From an uncultured archaeon (GTDB taxonomy: Archaea; Asgardarchaeota; Thorarchaeia; Thorarchaeales; Thorarchaeaceae), in assembly GCA_964473825.1 (NCBI GenBank), contig CAYYQL010000002.1, forward strand, positions 96,001 to 160,000: DNA of 64,000 bases, given 5' to 3'. The translations under genes were made by a program, and so were the position numbers. Under the pieces are notes generated by a model. That model had not been told where the DNA came from. It worked only from the letters and a program-made list of their open reading frames with translations, and ran no database searches. This document shows, piece by piece, positions 18,573-28,413 of this stretch (the first letter of the stretch is position 1; each line of letters begins with the position of its first letter).

Positions 18573-21410
18573 ATGGATGCCTTCGATTTGCTTGACAGAA
18601 AGATAACAGACTTCCTGTCCGAAAATGGCATTACATCTCCCACTCCCATTCAGAAAGAAGCAATTCCGCAGATTCTAAAGGGAGAGGAGAACTCTCTACT
18701 TCTGGCCCCAACGGGAAGTGGAAAGACGGAGGCTGCAGTGCTTCCTCTTCTGAACAGACTGAATGAGATGCGCCACAGAAAGGAGCTCTTCGGCTTCTAT
18801 GTACTCTATGTGACTCCTCTAAGAGCATTGAATAGAGACGTCTTCAAGCGAATCGAAGGTCTATGTGAACACTTGGATCTATCAGTTCAGGTAAGGCATG
18901 GTGATACAACCTCGTATCGAAGGAGAAAGCAAGCTATATCCCCTCCGAATCTCCTCATTACCACTCCTGAAACACTCCAAGCCATTCTCCCAGGTAAGCG
19001 ACTCCGATATCATCTCAAGACTGTCTTTGCTGTAGTGGTGGATGAGATACACGAACTTGCTGATAGTAAGAGAGGGACACAGCTTAGCATAGGGCTTGAC
19101 AGGTTAGAAAGGCTGGTTGGGAAAAGGATTCAAAGGATAGGGCTCTCAGCTACAGTGGGCAACCCTGACGACGTGGCTGCGCTCTTGTCAGGTCCTAAAA
19201 GGCACGTCAGAAAGATATGGGCCGGTTATGATGCTCGCCAGATGCAACTGGATGTCGTATTACCACAACCAACTGATGGCGATAGTGGGGTTGCACGGCG
19301 CTTGCATTATCCTCCATATTCGACCGCTCGGCTTAGATACATAGTTGAACAGATTGCCAATCATAAATCTACAATAGTGTTTACTAACACGAGGGCTTTT
19401 GCAGAGATTCTCGGGTCAAAGATGAGAGGGCTGAGTCCGCCGTTTGAGTTTGATGTTCACCATGGATCGCTCTCAAAAGATGTGCGCCTCGCTGCAGAAG
19501 ATAGACTCAAGGATGGCATTTCGAAGGCCATTGTGGCAACATCGAGTCTTGAGCTTGGTATCGATATCGGGCAGGCCGATCTTGTCATCCAATATAGTTC
19601 TCCAAGAGAAGTCAGGCGTGCATTACAGAGAACTGGGCGCGCAGGACATGGAATAGGACGAGTGGCAAAAGGGCTGTTCATTGCAACAGCTAACCTAGAT
19701 GATATTACTGAGTCTGCAGTCATAGTGCGTAGAGCACTCTCAAACAAAGTAGAACCAGCAGCAATCCCGGAGAAATCTTGGGATGTTCTATGTCATCAGA
19801 TTGCCGGTGTGTTATTGGATGAAGACAGCTTGAGTCTTGACGAGTTGCACAGTCGCATTCAGGTGTCTTATCCCTTCAGAGATACTACTCGTGAGGAACT
19901 AAAGCGGTTATTAGATTTCATGATAGACAGGAAGCTGGTCAAGAGAGTGGGGACAGCAATTGAACGTTGGGGAAAAACTCGGATCTTCTATTATGAGAGG
20001 TTGAGTACGATTCCGGATGTCCATCAGGTAACTGCGGTCGACATAAGCTCTAGAACGGGAATTGGAGTGCTTGATGAGGATTATGTGTCTGAGAACATAG
20101 GGCCTGGATCTCTATTTGTTATCCGCGGCAGACCGTATAGAGTCGTAAGCATAGAAGAAGATGAGGTTCTATGTGCCCCTGCTGGAGAAGAGGACAGTGA
20201 TGCTCCACGTTGGATTGGTGAGATGATACCCGTTCCGTTTGAAGTTGCTACTGAGGTGGCAGATGTCTGGGGCAGAGTAGGACGAATGGGAAGAAAACAC
20301 ATCGCTTCTTGGTTGACACAACAATACAGGATGTCGGATGCCGCTCAGAAGCATCTCATTGACATGGTGGACAAGAGCATAGAGGCGCTTGGAACACTCT
20401 CCTCCGCGGACAGGATTGTTATCGAGGACTTTGGAGAGGGAATAGTCATCCATGCACCATATGGAACAAAGACGAATGAAACACTTGGAATTGTAGTTGC
20501 ATCTCTCTTGACCACAAGGAGTGGGGTAGATGTGGCGGTTGAACAAGACCCATATCGAATCTTACTCTCATCTTCAGAGAGGATAGATCCACAACATGTG
20601 GTGGATATATTCTCCGACTATGCTCCGTTGCAAGCTTCCACAGTTCTCAGACTGGCAATGAAGAACACACAGACTTTCTCGTCCCGATTTGTTCATGTAG
20701 CAAGACGAATGGATGTGATTCGCAGAGATGCCAAGCTTCGAGAGGTGCCCGTACGACTTCTTATTGCTATCTATGAAGAGACTCCCGTATTCGAGGAGGC
20801 AATGAGAGAGGTGATTGCGGATAAGATGGACGAGCGGCGTGCAATGGATGTATTCGATAAAGTACGGAGTGACAAGATCGAATTGCAAATAGTAAGAACA
20901 GCCGAACCTTCGCCTCTAGCCCGTCTGATAATCGAAGAGAGAACCCGGTTTGAAGTAATGGGGGAGATAACGGAGGAACACGAGGTGCTTCGAATGATGG
21001 AGGAGAGACTTATGTCAAGCAAATTCAGATTGCTATGTATTAATCGGCACTGGAACTCGGTCCGAACCATTTCAACCCTTGAAGACAAGGTCAGCTGCCC
21101 CGTCTGTGGGTCGAGAATGGTCTTGGCAATTCATCCATCACAGAAAGACCTAGAGAGAGTATTGACAAAGGTTTCAAAGGGAGAGAAGCTCTCTCCAGAT
21201 GAAGAGAAGGAATACAAAAGGGCGATGCTGTCAGCTTCCCTGGTTTCAGAGTACGGAAAGACTGCGCTCATGGTACTTGCGGGAAGAGGAATTGGGCCCA
21301 GTACTGCTTCACGTATACTGCGGCCGAGCCGTGTAACAAGAAGGGACTTGCTACAGGAGATAGCAAAGGCGGAGAAGATGTATGCAAGAACGCGACAATT
21401 CTGGGACTAA
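18573..21410 (+). CDS. lhr: Lhr-type SF2 helicase
   Basis: APTGSGKT, DEIH, SAT, HHGSL, LELGID, QRTGRAGH; C-terminal Zn finger/HhH. Confidence 0.93.
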   Translation: MDAFDLLDRKITDFLSENGITSPTPIQKEAIPQILKGEENSLLLAPTGSGKTEAAVLPLLNRLNEMRHRKELFGFYVLYVTPLRALNRDVFKRIEGLCEHLDLSVQVRHGDTTSYRRRKQAISPPNLLITTPETLQAILPGKRLRYHLKTVFAVVVDEIHELADSKRGTQLSIGLDRLERLVGKRIQRIGLSATVGNPDDVAALLSGPKRHVRKIWAGYDARQMQLDVVLPQPTDGDSGVARRLHYPPYSTARLRYIVEQIANHKSTIVFTNTRAFAEILGSKMRGLSPPFEFDVHHGSLSKDVRLAAEDRLKDGISKAIVATSSLELGIDIGQADLVIQYSSPREVRRALQRTGRAGHGIGRVAKGLFIATANLDDITESAVIVRRALSNKVEPAAIPEKSWDVLCHQIAGVLLDEDSLSLDELHSRIQVSYPFRDTTREELKRLLDFMIDRKLVKRVGTAIERWGKTRIFYYERLSTIPDVHQVTAVDISSRTGIGVLDEDYVSENIGPGSLFVIRGRPYRVVSIEEDEVLCAPAGEEDSDAPRWIGEMIPVPFEVATEVADVWGRVGRMGRKHIASWLTQQYRMSDAAQKHLIDMVDKSIEALGTLSSADRIVIEDFGEGIVIHAPYGTKTNETLGIVVASLLTTRSGVDVAVEQDPYRILLSSSERIDPQHVVDIFSDYAPLQASTVLRLAMKNTQTFSSRFVHVARRMDVIRRDAKLREVPVRLLIAIYEETPVFEEAMREVIADKMDERRAMDVFDKVRSDKIELQIVRTAEPSPLARLIIEERTRFEVMGEITEEHEVLRMMEERLMSSKFRLLCINRHWNSVRTISTLEDKVSCPVCGSRMVLAIHPSQKDLERVLTKVSKGEKLSPDEEKEYKRAMLSASLVSEYGKTALMVLAGRGIGPSTASRILRPSRVTRRDLLQEIAKAEKMYARTRQFWD

Positions 21411-21996
21411 GAAGCCTCTTGTGGTGTTTGCAGGTAGAAGTAACGTCGGAAAGAGCAGCACGATAAGAGCTCTTACGGGGGTAAAACTCCGCGTAGGCAA
21501 GAAACCCGGCAGTACACGAAGAGAAAGAAAGGTGGATCTTGGATCCGTAATGCTTGTTGATATACCCGGATTTGGCTACATGAGTGGGACTAGCAAGACT
21601 GACATAGAGAAGATGAAGGTGAATCTGGTCCAACAGCTGGAAGAGTGGAGTGATGACATAATACTCGGTGTGTTGGTACTGGACATCTCGATATTCAGAG
21701 AGATTGCCGAGAGATGGGAAAGTCGAGGTGAGATTCCCATCGATGTGGAATTCTATACGTTTCTAAACGAAATAGCGAACAATGTTCTGGTCATTGCAAA
21801 CAAAATAGACAAGGTGAAGAAGAAGAATCGCCATGATGAACTCGAGTTTCTTAGATACAAACTCATAGCATCTATGCCTACAGTTGAACCATTGATTATG
21901 CCTATATCGGCCTCAAGAGAACAGGGAATCGGACAATTGAGAGGCATCATTACAGAGATGATACAGGCAGCAGGGCTTGGCAGCCCACGATGGTAG
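21382..21996 (+). CDS. engB: EngB/YsxC GTP-binding protein
   Basis: GRSNVGKSS, PG.T, DIPGFG, NKIDK. Confidence 0.9.
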   Translation: MQERDNSGTKKPLVVFAGRSNVGKSSTIRALTGVKLRVGKKPGSTRRERKVDLGSVMLVDIPGFGYMSGTSKTDIEKMKVNLVQQLEEWSDDIILGVLVLDISIFREIAERWESRGEIPIDVEFYTFLNEIANNVLVIANKIDKVKKKNRHDELEFLRYKLIASMPTVEPLIMPISASREQGIGQLRGIITEMIQAAGLGSPRW

Positions 21997-22003
21997 CTCC
22001 CTG

Positions 22004-23110
22004 TTATCGTTTCTTCTTCAACATGTAGTAGGCTACACCGACGAGGAAGACTGCAGTCGAGATTGCAATCAATGGTTCTACCGCACTGGGTGGTTCCACA
22101 AAGCCCTCCGATAGCCAATCGAGCATATTCATGAATAGACGGGAATTGTCAGCTGAATAGAACCACTGCTGCTCAGTTCTGGAATCGGAATCAGGAAGAT
22201 CCAAGGTACGACCGGAAAACATTATGGTAGACCCTGAAACAACCACTCTGCTGTTTCCATATTCAAAGGCGCTCAACCATGGAGGATATGTTCCATTGAT
22301 AGCGGAATAAGACCGAGGGCGTTCCTCAAATTCGGCCAAAGACATGTTGGGGAAGGAGAAGTTGGCAAATGTATTAGGCCCACGTCTATACTGAGCGAAA
22401 GATGATTCGGAACCAGTAGCAACAACACCAACTGCATCAAGTGGTTTTAGAGTGGCCGTCATAAGAACGAGTTCGTTTATGTCACGAAAGATAGGATGCT
22501 CTAGGTTCCAGTTGTTTGTGTCCATTCGCAGAACCCAATGATGGCTCTCATTCAGGGCCAAATCATAGTCGAACATTGCATCTTGCCAGTATCTATCAGC
22601 GCCAGTTTCGTTGATACTGAAACGTACTCCCGTGATATTCAGTGCATCCAGAACCCGGTTTACTGCAATGTTATCACCTAAATCCTGAAATGGCTGCTCA
22701 GTCCAATAGGTGGAATTCTGACTGATTGCAGGATCGCCTAGAACTAGGAGCGAACTCCCGTTATTCAGCATCTCTTTGATGGCAGATACTTCTTCTATCT
22801 CAAACTCAGAGCTTCTGTCAGGCGATGCAACTATCAAGATATCGACATCTTCGAGAATTGTAACGTTGATGGGGGAACCCTGATGCACTTTCAAAAGGTA
22901 CCTGGTTGATGCATTTACCATGTCAAGCATGAGTTTTAGACCCTTCTCCTCGTTATCTGCAGAGAATTGAGGCGCATGGCTTGCATCATAGAGGACCACA
23001 ACAGGATCAAGTTCTCCTTGTGCCCGGGCCTCCATCTGAAAATTTGTGAATATAATCATGAAAGCGATGACGGCTACACAGACCTTAGTGAGTTTCCCGA
23101 GCTTTATCAT
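22004..23110 (-). CDS. Secreted, C-terminally anchored GldG/IFT52/OST48(Wbp1)-like glycoprotein
   Basis: Signal peptide, VLYDASH, RVVVSGS..MFS, N..L..N...WL, C-terminal TM plus KKKR, ten N-x-S/T sequons. Confidence 0.6.
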   Translation of the reverse strand: MIKLGKLTKVCVAVIAFMIIFTNFQMEARAQGELDPVVVLYDASHAPQFSADNEEKGLKLMLDMVNASTRYLLKVHQGSPINVTILEDVDILIVASPDRSSEFEIEEVSAIKEMLNNGSSLLVLGDPAISQNSTYWTEQPFQDLGDNIAVNRVLDALNITGVRFSINETGADRYWQDAMFDYDLALNESHHWVLRMDTNNWNLEHPIFRDINELVLMTATLKPLDAVGVVATGSESSFAQYRRGPNTFANFSFPNMSLAEFEERPRSYSAINGTYPPWLSAFEYGNSRVVVSGSTIMFSGRTLDLPDSDSRTEQQWFYSADNSRLFMNMLDWLSEGFVEPPSAVEPLIAISTAVFLVGVAYYMLKKKR

Positions 23111-23200
23111 ATGCTCCTTCCGACCTTTCTTGCTCTGTCAGCGTGGTCGAATCGGGGCGATGTTAAAAACTTATCTTCAGATCCGTTGCAGGGACTCTCT

Positions 23201-23608
23201 TCAGTCGGTCCTGCGCCACCTAGTGTAGAGTCTTCTTCTTTCAGAATCACTGGTTTCAGCATTCTCCTGTAACTCCCGAACCTCCGCTATTCGTTGGGCA
23301 AGCATATGATAACACATCTCAAACTCGTGTGCAATAACCACAGATTGGTAGAAACTTCTGCAGCTGCAGTAGACATCCGGAATCACCAAGTACTCGCGCT
23401 TTCCGCCTCGCACAGTCCATGTAGTTGTATCACTTGGTAAGAAATGATAACAAATAACACGCTTCTCTTCTACCGCTCGCAATGCTCTGATAAATCGATT
23501 GTTGTACTTGTTACGAAAATACTGAATAGTATCCTGAGTCAGCTCGTCCTCTGAAAGCAAACGAATCTCATAGGGATTGAGCGGCATTGTTCTCATAGTT
23601 CTGTTCAC
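23201..23608 (-). CDS. SWIM Zn-finger protein, SWS1/ZSWIM7-like
   Basis: AL..V....V, YCSC..F...V.......C.H.LA. Confidence 0.75.
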   Translation of the reverse strand: MNRTMRTMPLNPYEIRLLSEDELTQDTIQYFRNKYNNRFIRALRAVEEKRVICYHFLPSDTTTWTVRGGKREYLVIPDVYCSCRSFYQSVVIAHEFEMCYHMLAQRIAEVRELQENAETSDSERRRLYTRWRRTD

Positions 23609-23648
23609 AAGACCATGTTAAAATGATATAGATTTCTCAAAGCACCAT

Positions 23649-24476
23649 ATGGAAACCATCTTCGACGACAGGGCACTAGTTCTTCGGGCGGATGATGAAA
23701 ATATTCTACATATAGCAGACCTACATCTTGGCCTTCACGAAGCTTTGCACCAAGAAAAGGGAGTTGCTTTTCCGCCACAAGACCAGCCTATGCTGCAACG
23801 CATCAAATCGCTCATTTACAAGCACGATGTGGAGAGGCTCTACATTCTAGGTGATGTCAAGCACGAGATTCTTGTGGATCATGCACATCATTGGGACAGA
23901 ATCCCACATTTTATGGAGTGTCTTACAAGAATGGCCGAGGTGAGCGTCATACCAGGTAACCATGATGGTGATCTATCTGTGCTTCTTCCAAGGGATGTAG
24001 AGATACTGGATGTGAGAGGGCATACGATTGCCAACGGAAGAATAGGACTCATCCACGGTCATGCTTGGCCAAATCGTAGTATTCTTGACGCGTCGCTTAT
24101 TGTGTGTGGTCACAGCCATCCTGGTGTGAAACGGTATCGAAGAGCTGATGTGCCCGATATTCATCATCCAAAACGAGTCAGATATGCAGGCACACTCCCG
24201 GTCTTTCTTCGCTCCAGCTTGGACAAAAACTGTGTCAGAGAGAAGCTCGGAGTGCCACCCTCTGTAGACACAAATCGTGCAACCCTTCTCACAATGCCGA
24301 GCTTCAACAAACTTGTTTCGGGTGGAGGGATTGACAACAAAGGTTCAGGATTGCAGGGGCCACTGTTTAGAAGCGGCTGTGTTAGTGTGGCTGACTCAGA
24401 AGTATACAGCATCGATGGGCTGTTCTTGGGTACGATAGCATCCATCATAAAGCAGCTCAACGAAACGATTAAATGA
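23649..24476 (+). CDS. Calcineurin-like metallophosphoesterase (Lhr-associated type)
   Basis: ADLHLG, GDVKH, GNHD, HGH, GHSHP, MPSFN. Confidence 0.9.
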   Translation: METIFDDRALVLRADDENILHIADLHLGLHEALHQEKGVAFPPQDQPMLQRIKSLIYKHDVERLYILGDVKHEILVDHAHHWDRIPHFMECLTRMAEVSVIPGNHDGDLSVLLPRDVEILDVRGHTIANGRIGLIHGHAWPNRSILDASLIVCGHSHPGVKRYRRADVPDIHHPKRVRYAGTLPVFLRSSLDKNCVREKLGVPPSVDTNRATLLTMPSFNKLVSGGGIDNKGSGLQGPLFRSGCVSVADSEVYSIDGLFLGTIASIIKQLNETIK

Positions 24477-24503
24477 CTGCCGAGAGGGGGAGTTTCTTGT
24501 CAT

Positions 24504-24580
24504 GGGTCGGTGGTCTAGCTTGGTATGATTCTTGGTTCGGATCCAAGAGGCCGCGAGTTCAAATCTCGTCCGGCCCACCA
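24504..24580 (+). tRNA. tRNA-Pro(CGG)
   Basis: Cloverleaf; anticodon arm CTTGG-TTCGGAT-CCAAG; TTCAAAT loop; encoded CCA. Confidence 0.95.
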
Positions 24581-24664
24581 TCTCTTTTCTCTTCCGTGTT
24601 TCTGCTCTTGTATAGAAATGACAACCTCCACCATGCTTTTCATGTGGCACATGCTAGATAGTAG

Positions 24665-25957
24665 TTGATTGATATGTCGCGTGTCGGGATTGTTGATATT
24701 GGTGATAGTATTGATTTGGCCGTGAAGACCATATTTGATGAAACGGTTCCTGGAGAAGAGCTTCTAGGAGAATCCGGCACAGTCTATCTGAAGCCAAATG
24801 GAATTGATTTCAAGCCCTATTCTTATACAGACAAACACGTACTCAAGGCTGTGATAGAATACTTCCGTGATTGTGGAGCCTCTGAAGTATTCGTTATGGA
24901 GAACTCGACGCAGGCAAACATGACACGGATTGTATTCAAGTTCACAGGTTATGACGATATCTGCAAGCAGACTGGTGCAAAGCCCCTCTATCTTGATGAG
25001 GAAAGCTTGGTTGAAGTAAAGCTTCCCCATTTCGAGAGGAAAGTGTCCTTCCCAAAGGTGATCGTGGAGGCTCTCATCAGGCATGGCAGCGAGAACACTT
25101 ATGTTTCACTGCCGAAACTCAAGACGCATTCCATGAGTACTGTGACCTTGGGTATCAAGAACCAGATGGCATTCCCGTCACACAGCGACAGGGGTTATCA
25201 ACATAACTACAATCTACACAGGTACTTGGCCGACATCTACAGTGTCGTGAAGCCAGACTACACTCTTATTGATGGGACCTACGCTGTATTCAATGGCCAC
25301 TATCCTCTCGAATCATTCCTTAACGAATCACTTGACAGGTTGGATATTCTCATTGGAGGGAGGAATGCATTGTCAGTTGATGTGGTTGCTGCCCGTGTGC
25401 TTGGTTACAGCCTCGAAGATGTGAAGCATCTGACGATTGTGAGCGAGGACGCACATGAAGAAGGAGATATTGAGAAGATAGAGGTTCTTGGGAATCTGAA
25501 TCGTTTTGACAGACGGTATCCATGTGAAATCCTCGACAGGATGCCTGATGATGTCCGGATTATCAGAGGTACGGAGATGCTTTGCCCAGAGGGGTGTGAT
25601 CTCAATGTGAGAATGGTCCTGCAGTTGTTGTATTTCGATTATGGGGGAAAGGGAGATTTCACCATTTTAATGGGCAAAGGATTCGACAGAAACGTTCTCG
25701 AGTCCGTCGAGGGACGGGTCTTTATTGCCGGGGATTGTGCCATAGTCGAAGCAAAAGAGATTCTTGAGAACAGACTAGGGAAGAGAAACATCTATGTTTC
25801 GCGGACCTGCAACAGGCTTGCAGACACGACGTCTGCGCTCTGTAAACTAATGGGAGTTAGCCCACTGAAATTACTGCCATCGCGATTAGCAGGTGCAAAA
25901 GCCCTGATAATGGGTAGATTGAAGGGCTCCAAAGCGCTGACTCCAAGAATCAGGTAG
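24665..25957 (+). CDS. DUF362 family Fe-S protein
   Basis: LKPN, PKLKTH, TLGIKN, IDG, D.VAA; C-terminal C..GC / GDCA domain. Confidence 0.8.
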   Translation: MIDMSRVGIVDIGDSIDLAVKTIFDETVPGEELLGESGTVYLKPNGIDFKPYSYTDKHVLKAVIEYFRDCGASEVFVMENSTQANMTRIVFKFTGYDDICKQTGAKPLYLDEESLVEVKLPHFERKVSFPKVIVEALIRHGSENTYVSLPKLKTHSMSTVTLGIKNQMAFPSHSDRGYQHNYNLHRYLADIYSVVKPDYTLIDGTYAVFNGHYPLESFLNESLDRLDILIGGRNALSVDVVAARVLGYSLEDVKHLTIVSEDAHEEGDIEKIEVLGNLNRFDRRYPCEILDRMPDDVRIIRGTEMLCPEGCDLNVRMVLQLLYFDYGGKGDFTILMGKGFDRNVLESVEGRVFIAGDCAIVEAKEILENRLGKRNIYVSRTCNRLADTTSALCKLMGVSPLKLLPSRLAGAKALIMGRLKGSKALTPRIR

Positions 25958-26153
25958 GATGTCCGAAGATGGCTGTCAGACCTCTCTTGAGTGGATTTTT
26001 TTCTCAGACAGAAGATAGTTTCTGGTATGCATCGTGGGGTAGCAGACAGCCGCTGAGGACAATGGCTGTGGAATCAGCTAGTTGTCGAAGGAAGAGTTCA
26101 AAAGCAGCGATTATCTACCGCGCTTTAGAGCTTCAATCTACGAGAGTGAGAGA

Positions 26154-27095
26154 ATGGGCAAAGGTTCCGGAAAGGGAAAGACCATACTCTTCGGCGAGCA
26201 CTTTGTTGTTTATGGGCTTCCTGCCATAGCCGCAGGAATCTCGTCTGAAACTACTGCCGAAGTTACAAGAACGAACAAACCAGGGTGGACGCTGGTTGAT
26301 AACAGACCTGCGATGCCGGGCTACAAGGACGAAAAAGCAGACGAACAAGAAGTATCCATCAGAAATGTCATCGATTTCACCGGAGTAGATATCTCTGAGA
26401 GAGGGATCCATATCAGGTTTAGTGGAGACCTTGTCTGTGCCTCTGGAATTGGAGCAAGTGCAGCAAGTTGTGTTGCTCTTGCGAGAGCACTCAATGAGGA
26501 GTTTGACCTTGGCTATGATGACGAGAAGATTAATGAGGCTGCATACGAGGGAGAGAAGGGGTATCATGGTACACCGTCGGGAATAGATAACACATCATCT
26601 ACCTTTGGAGGGCTTGTGTGGTACATTCGCAATCTCAAGGGAGGGGCGCCCTATTTTGACAGGATGAAGCTGGAAGAACCGGTTCATCTAGTGATTGCAT
26701 CAACGGGGTTAACAGCAAGCACCAAAGAAGTAGTGGGAGATGTGAGGGTCAAGAAGGATCAAAATCCCGAATGGTTTGAGAAGATAGAGAACGAGTACAA
26801 TGATGTTGTGCATGAGGGACGAGAAGCGCTGCTCAGCATGAACCTGAAAAAGGTTGGAGCGCTCATGGATAGAAACCATGATCTTCTGCGCCAACTGACA
26901 GTTTCTTGCCAAGAGCTTGACAGCTTGGTCGATGCGGCACGAAAGAGTGGTGCACTCGGCGCTAAGATGACGGGGACAGGACGAGGGGGCAACATGATTG
27001 CTATCGCACATAACGAAGAGGCAGCGAAGATAGTTACATCGGCTCTTGAAGATGCGGGAGCTGCAGGTGTCTGGACAACCTCATTTGGTGTCTGA
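26154..27095 (+). CDS. mvk: Mevalonate kinase
   Basis: GK.ILFGEH.VVYG, GHMP loop SGIGASAA, HG.PSGIDN, K.TG.G.GG. Confidence 0.92.
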   Translation: MGKGSGKGKTILFGEHFVVYGLPAIAAGISSETTAEVTRTNKPGWTLVDNRPAMPGYKDEKADEQEVSIRNVIDFTGVDISERGIHIRFSGDLVCASGIGASAASCVALARALNEEFDLGYDDEKINEAAYEGEKGYHGTPSGIDNTSSTFGGLVWYIRNLKGGAPYFDRMKLEEPVHLVIASTGLTASTKEVVGDVRVKKDQNPEWFEKIENEYNDVVHEGREALLSMNLKKVGALMDRNHDLLRQLTVSCQELDSLVDAARKSGALGAKMTGTGRGGNMIAIAHNEEAAKIVTSALEDAGAAGVWTTSFGV

Positions 27096-27108
27096 GAGGT
27101 GGAAAGAA

Positions 27109-28413
27109 GTGATTCTGGAGAATTATCTAAACCAATTAAGAGAAATGGGAGAAATCCGTATTGTGGACCAACCTATCTCGAAGCACTTGGAGATTGCTGC
27201 TGTACTCAACCAAGTGCAGCCTGAAACGGTACTCTTTGAGAATGTTAAGGAGTCTGAATTTCGGGTAGTGGGAAATCTGTTTTGCACAAAACAGCAGATT
27301 GCATCATATTTTGGCATAGGTGTTCAGGACATCATCCCGACCTTGACTGAGGCGATTGTAAAGCGATCACAACCAGAAGAGGTCGCTAACGCGGCATGTC
27401 AGGAAGTTGTTGAGGATAAGGTTGACCTATCCAAGTTGCCGATTCTTCTACATAATGAGGTGGATGGAGGGCCGTACATATCCTCAGGAGTTGTGGTGGC
27501 ATCTCATCCAGATTACGGGCAGAACTTAGATTTTCACCGAGCCATGCAGATTGATAATGATAGAATGGTCACTCGTGTTGTAAAGGGGCGAGATTTCCAT
27601 GGATTTCTCGAGAAGGAGGGCGAACTCGACGTGGCTTTTTGTATCGGAAACACGCCTGAAATCCTGATTGCGGCCGCTACATCAGTGGAAACCGGCATCA
27701 ATGAATTAGAGATTGCAAATGCTTTGCGAAGAACAAGGGTCACCAAGGCCAAGACTGTAGACTTGTCAATTCCAGCAGATTGTGAGTTCGTCTTGGAGGG
27801 AACTGTGTACTTGGAAGAGAAACATGACGAGGGGCCCTTCATCGATCTGACTGAAACAGTAGATGTCGTGCGTCAAGAACCTGTCTTTGAAGTCAAGAAG
27901 ATTACACATAGGAAGGCAGGAATTTGGCAAGCACTCCTGCCGGGCAAACTGGAACACAAGCTATTGATGGGCATGCCCAGAGAGCCTACGGTGTTTCGCA
28001 AAGTCAAGGAACGAGGAGTTGACGTTCTTGACGTCTATATCACACCCGGTGGGGCAAGCTGGCTACACATTGCGGTCAAGATAGACAAGAAACATGAGGA
28101 TGATGGACTGAGGGCAATCGAGGCAGCATTCCAGGGACATACTAGCGGCAAACATGTATGGGTATACGACAAGGATATCGACATCTATGACGAGCGAGAG
28201 AGAGAATGGGCCATGGCAACAAGGTTTCAAGCTGATGAGGATCTTCTCGTGAAAGATAGAGAGCCGGGGAGTTCGCTGGATCCAAGCGCAGAGCCGGGTA
28301 CAAAGATGACCACAAAGGTAGGATTTGACTGCACTAGGAGCATGGAAACAAAAGGGAAGAGCTTTGCCAAGGCAGAATTCCCAGCTGTAGATTTGGCGAA
28401 ATTCATGGGGTGA
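27109..28413 (+). CDS. UbiD-family decarboxylase, probable anhydromevalonate-phosphate decarboxylase
   Basis: DGGPYI, EFVLEG, EGPF.D.T, WA.ATR.Q, GSSLDPS; context between mvk and AcnX. Confidence 0.85.
   Translation: MILENYLNQLREMGEIRIVDQPISKHLEIAAVLNQVQPETVLFENVKESEFRVVGNLFCTKQQIASYFGIGVQDIIPTLTEAIVKRSQPEEVANAACQEVVEDKVDLSKLPILLHNEVDGGPYISSGVVVASHPDYGQNLDFHRAMQIDNDRMVTRVVKGRDFHGFLEKEGELDVAFCIGNTPEILIAAATSVETGINELEIANALRRTRVTKAKTVDLSIPADCEFVLEGTVYLEEKHDEGPFIDLTETVDVVRQEPVFEVKKITHRKAGIWQALLPGKLEHKLLMGMPREPTVFRKVKERGVDVLDVYITPGGASWLHIAVKIDKKHEDDGLRAIEAAFQGHTSGKHVWVYDKDIDIYDEREREWAMATRFQADEDLLVKDREPGSSLDPSAEPGTKMTTKVGFDCTRSMETKGKSFAKAEFPAVDLAKFMG

Noticed and set aside
25971-26051. Cloverleaf-like 81-nt segment closed by GGCTGTC/GACAGCC
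   Set aside because: No T-loop or D-loop consensus and weak inner stems; not a tRNA and could be chance
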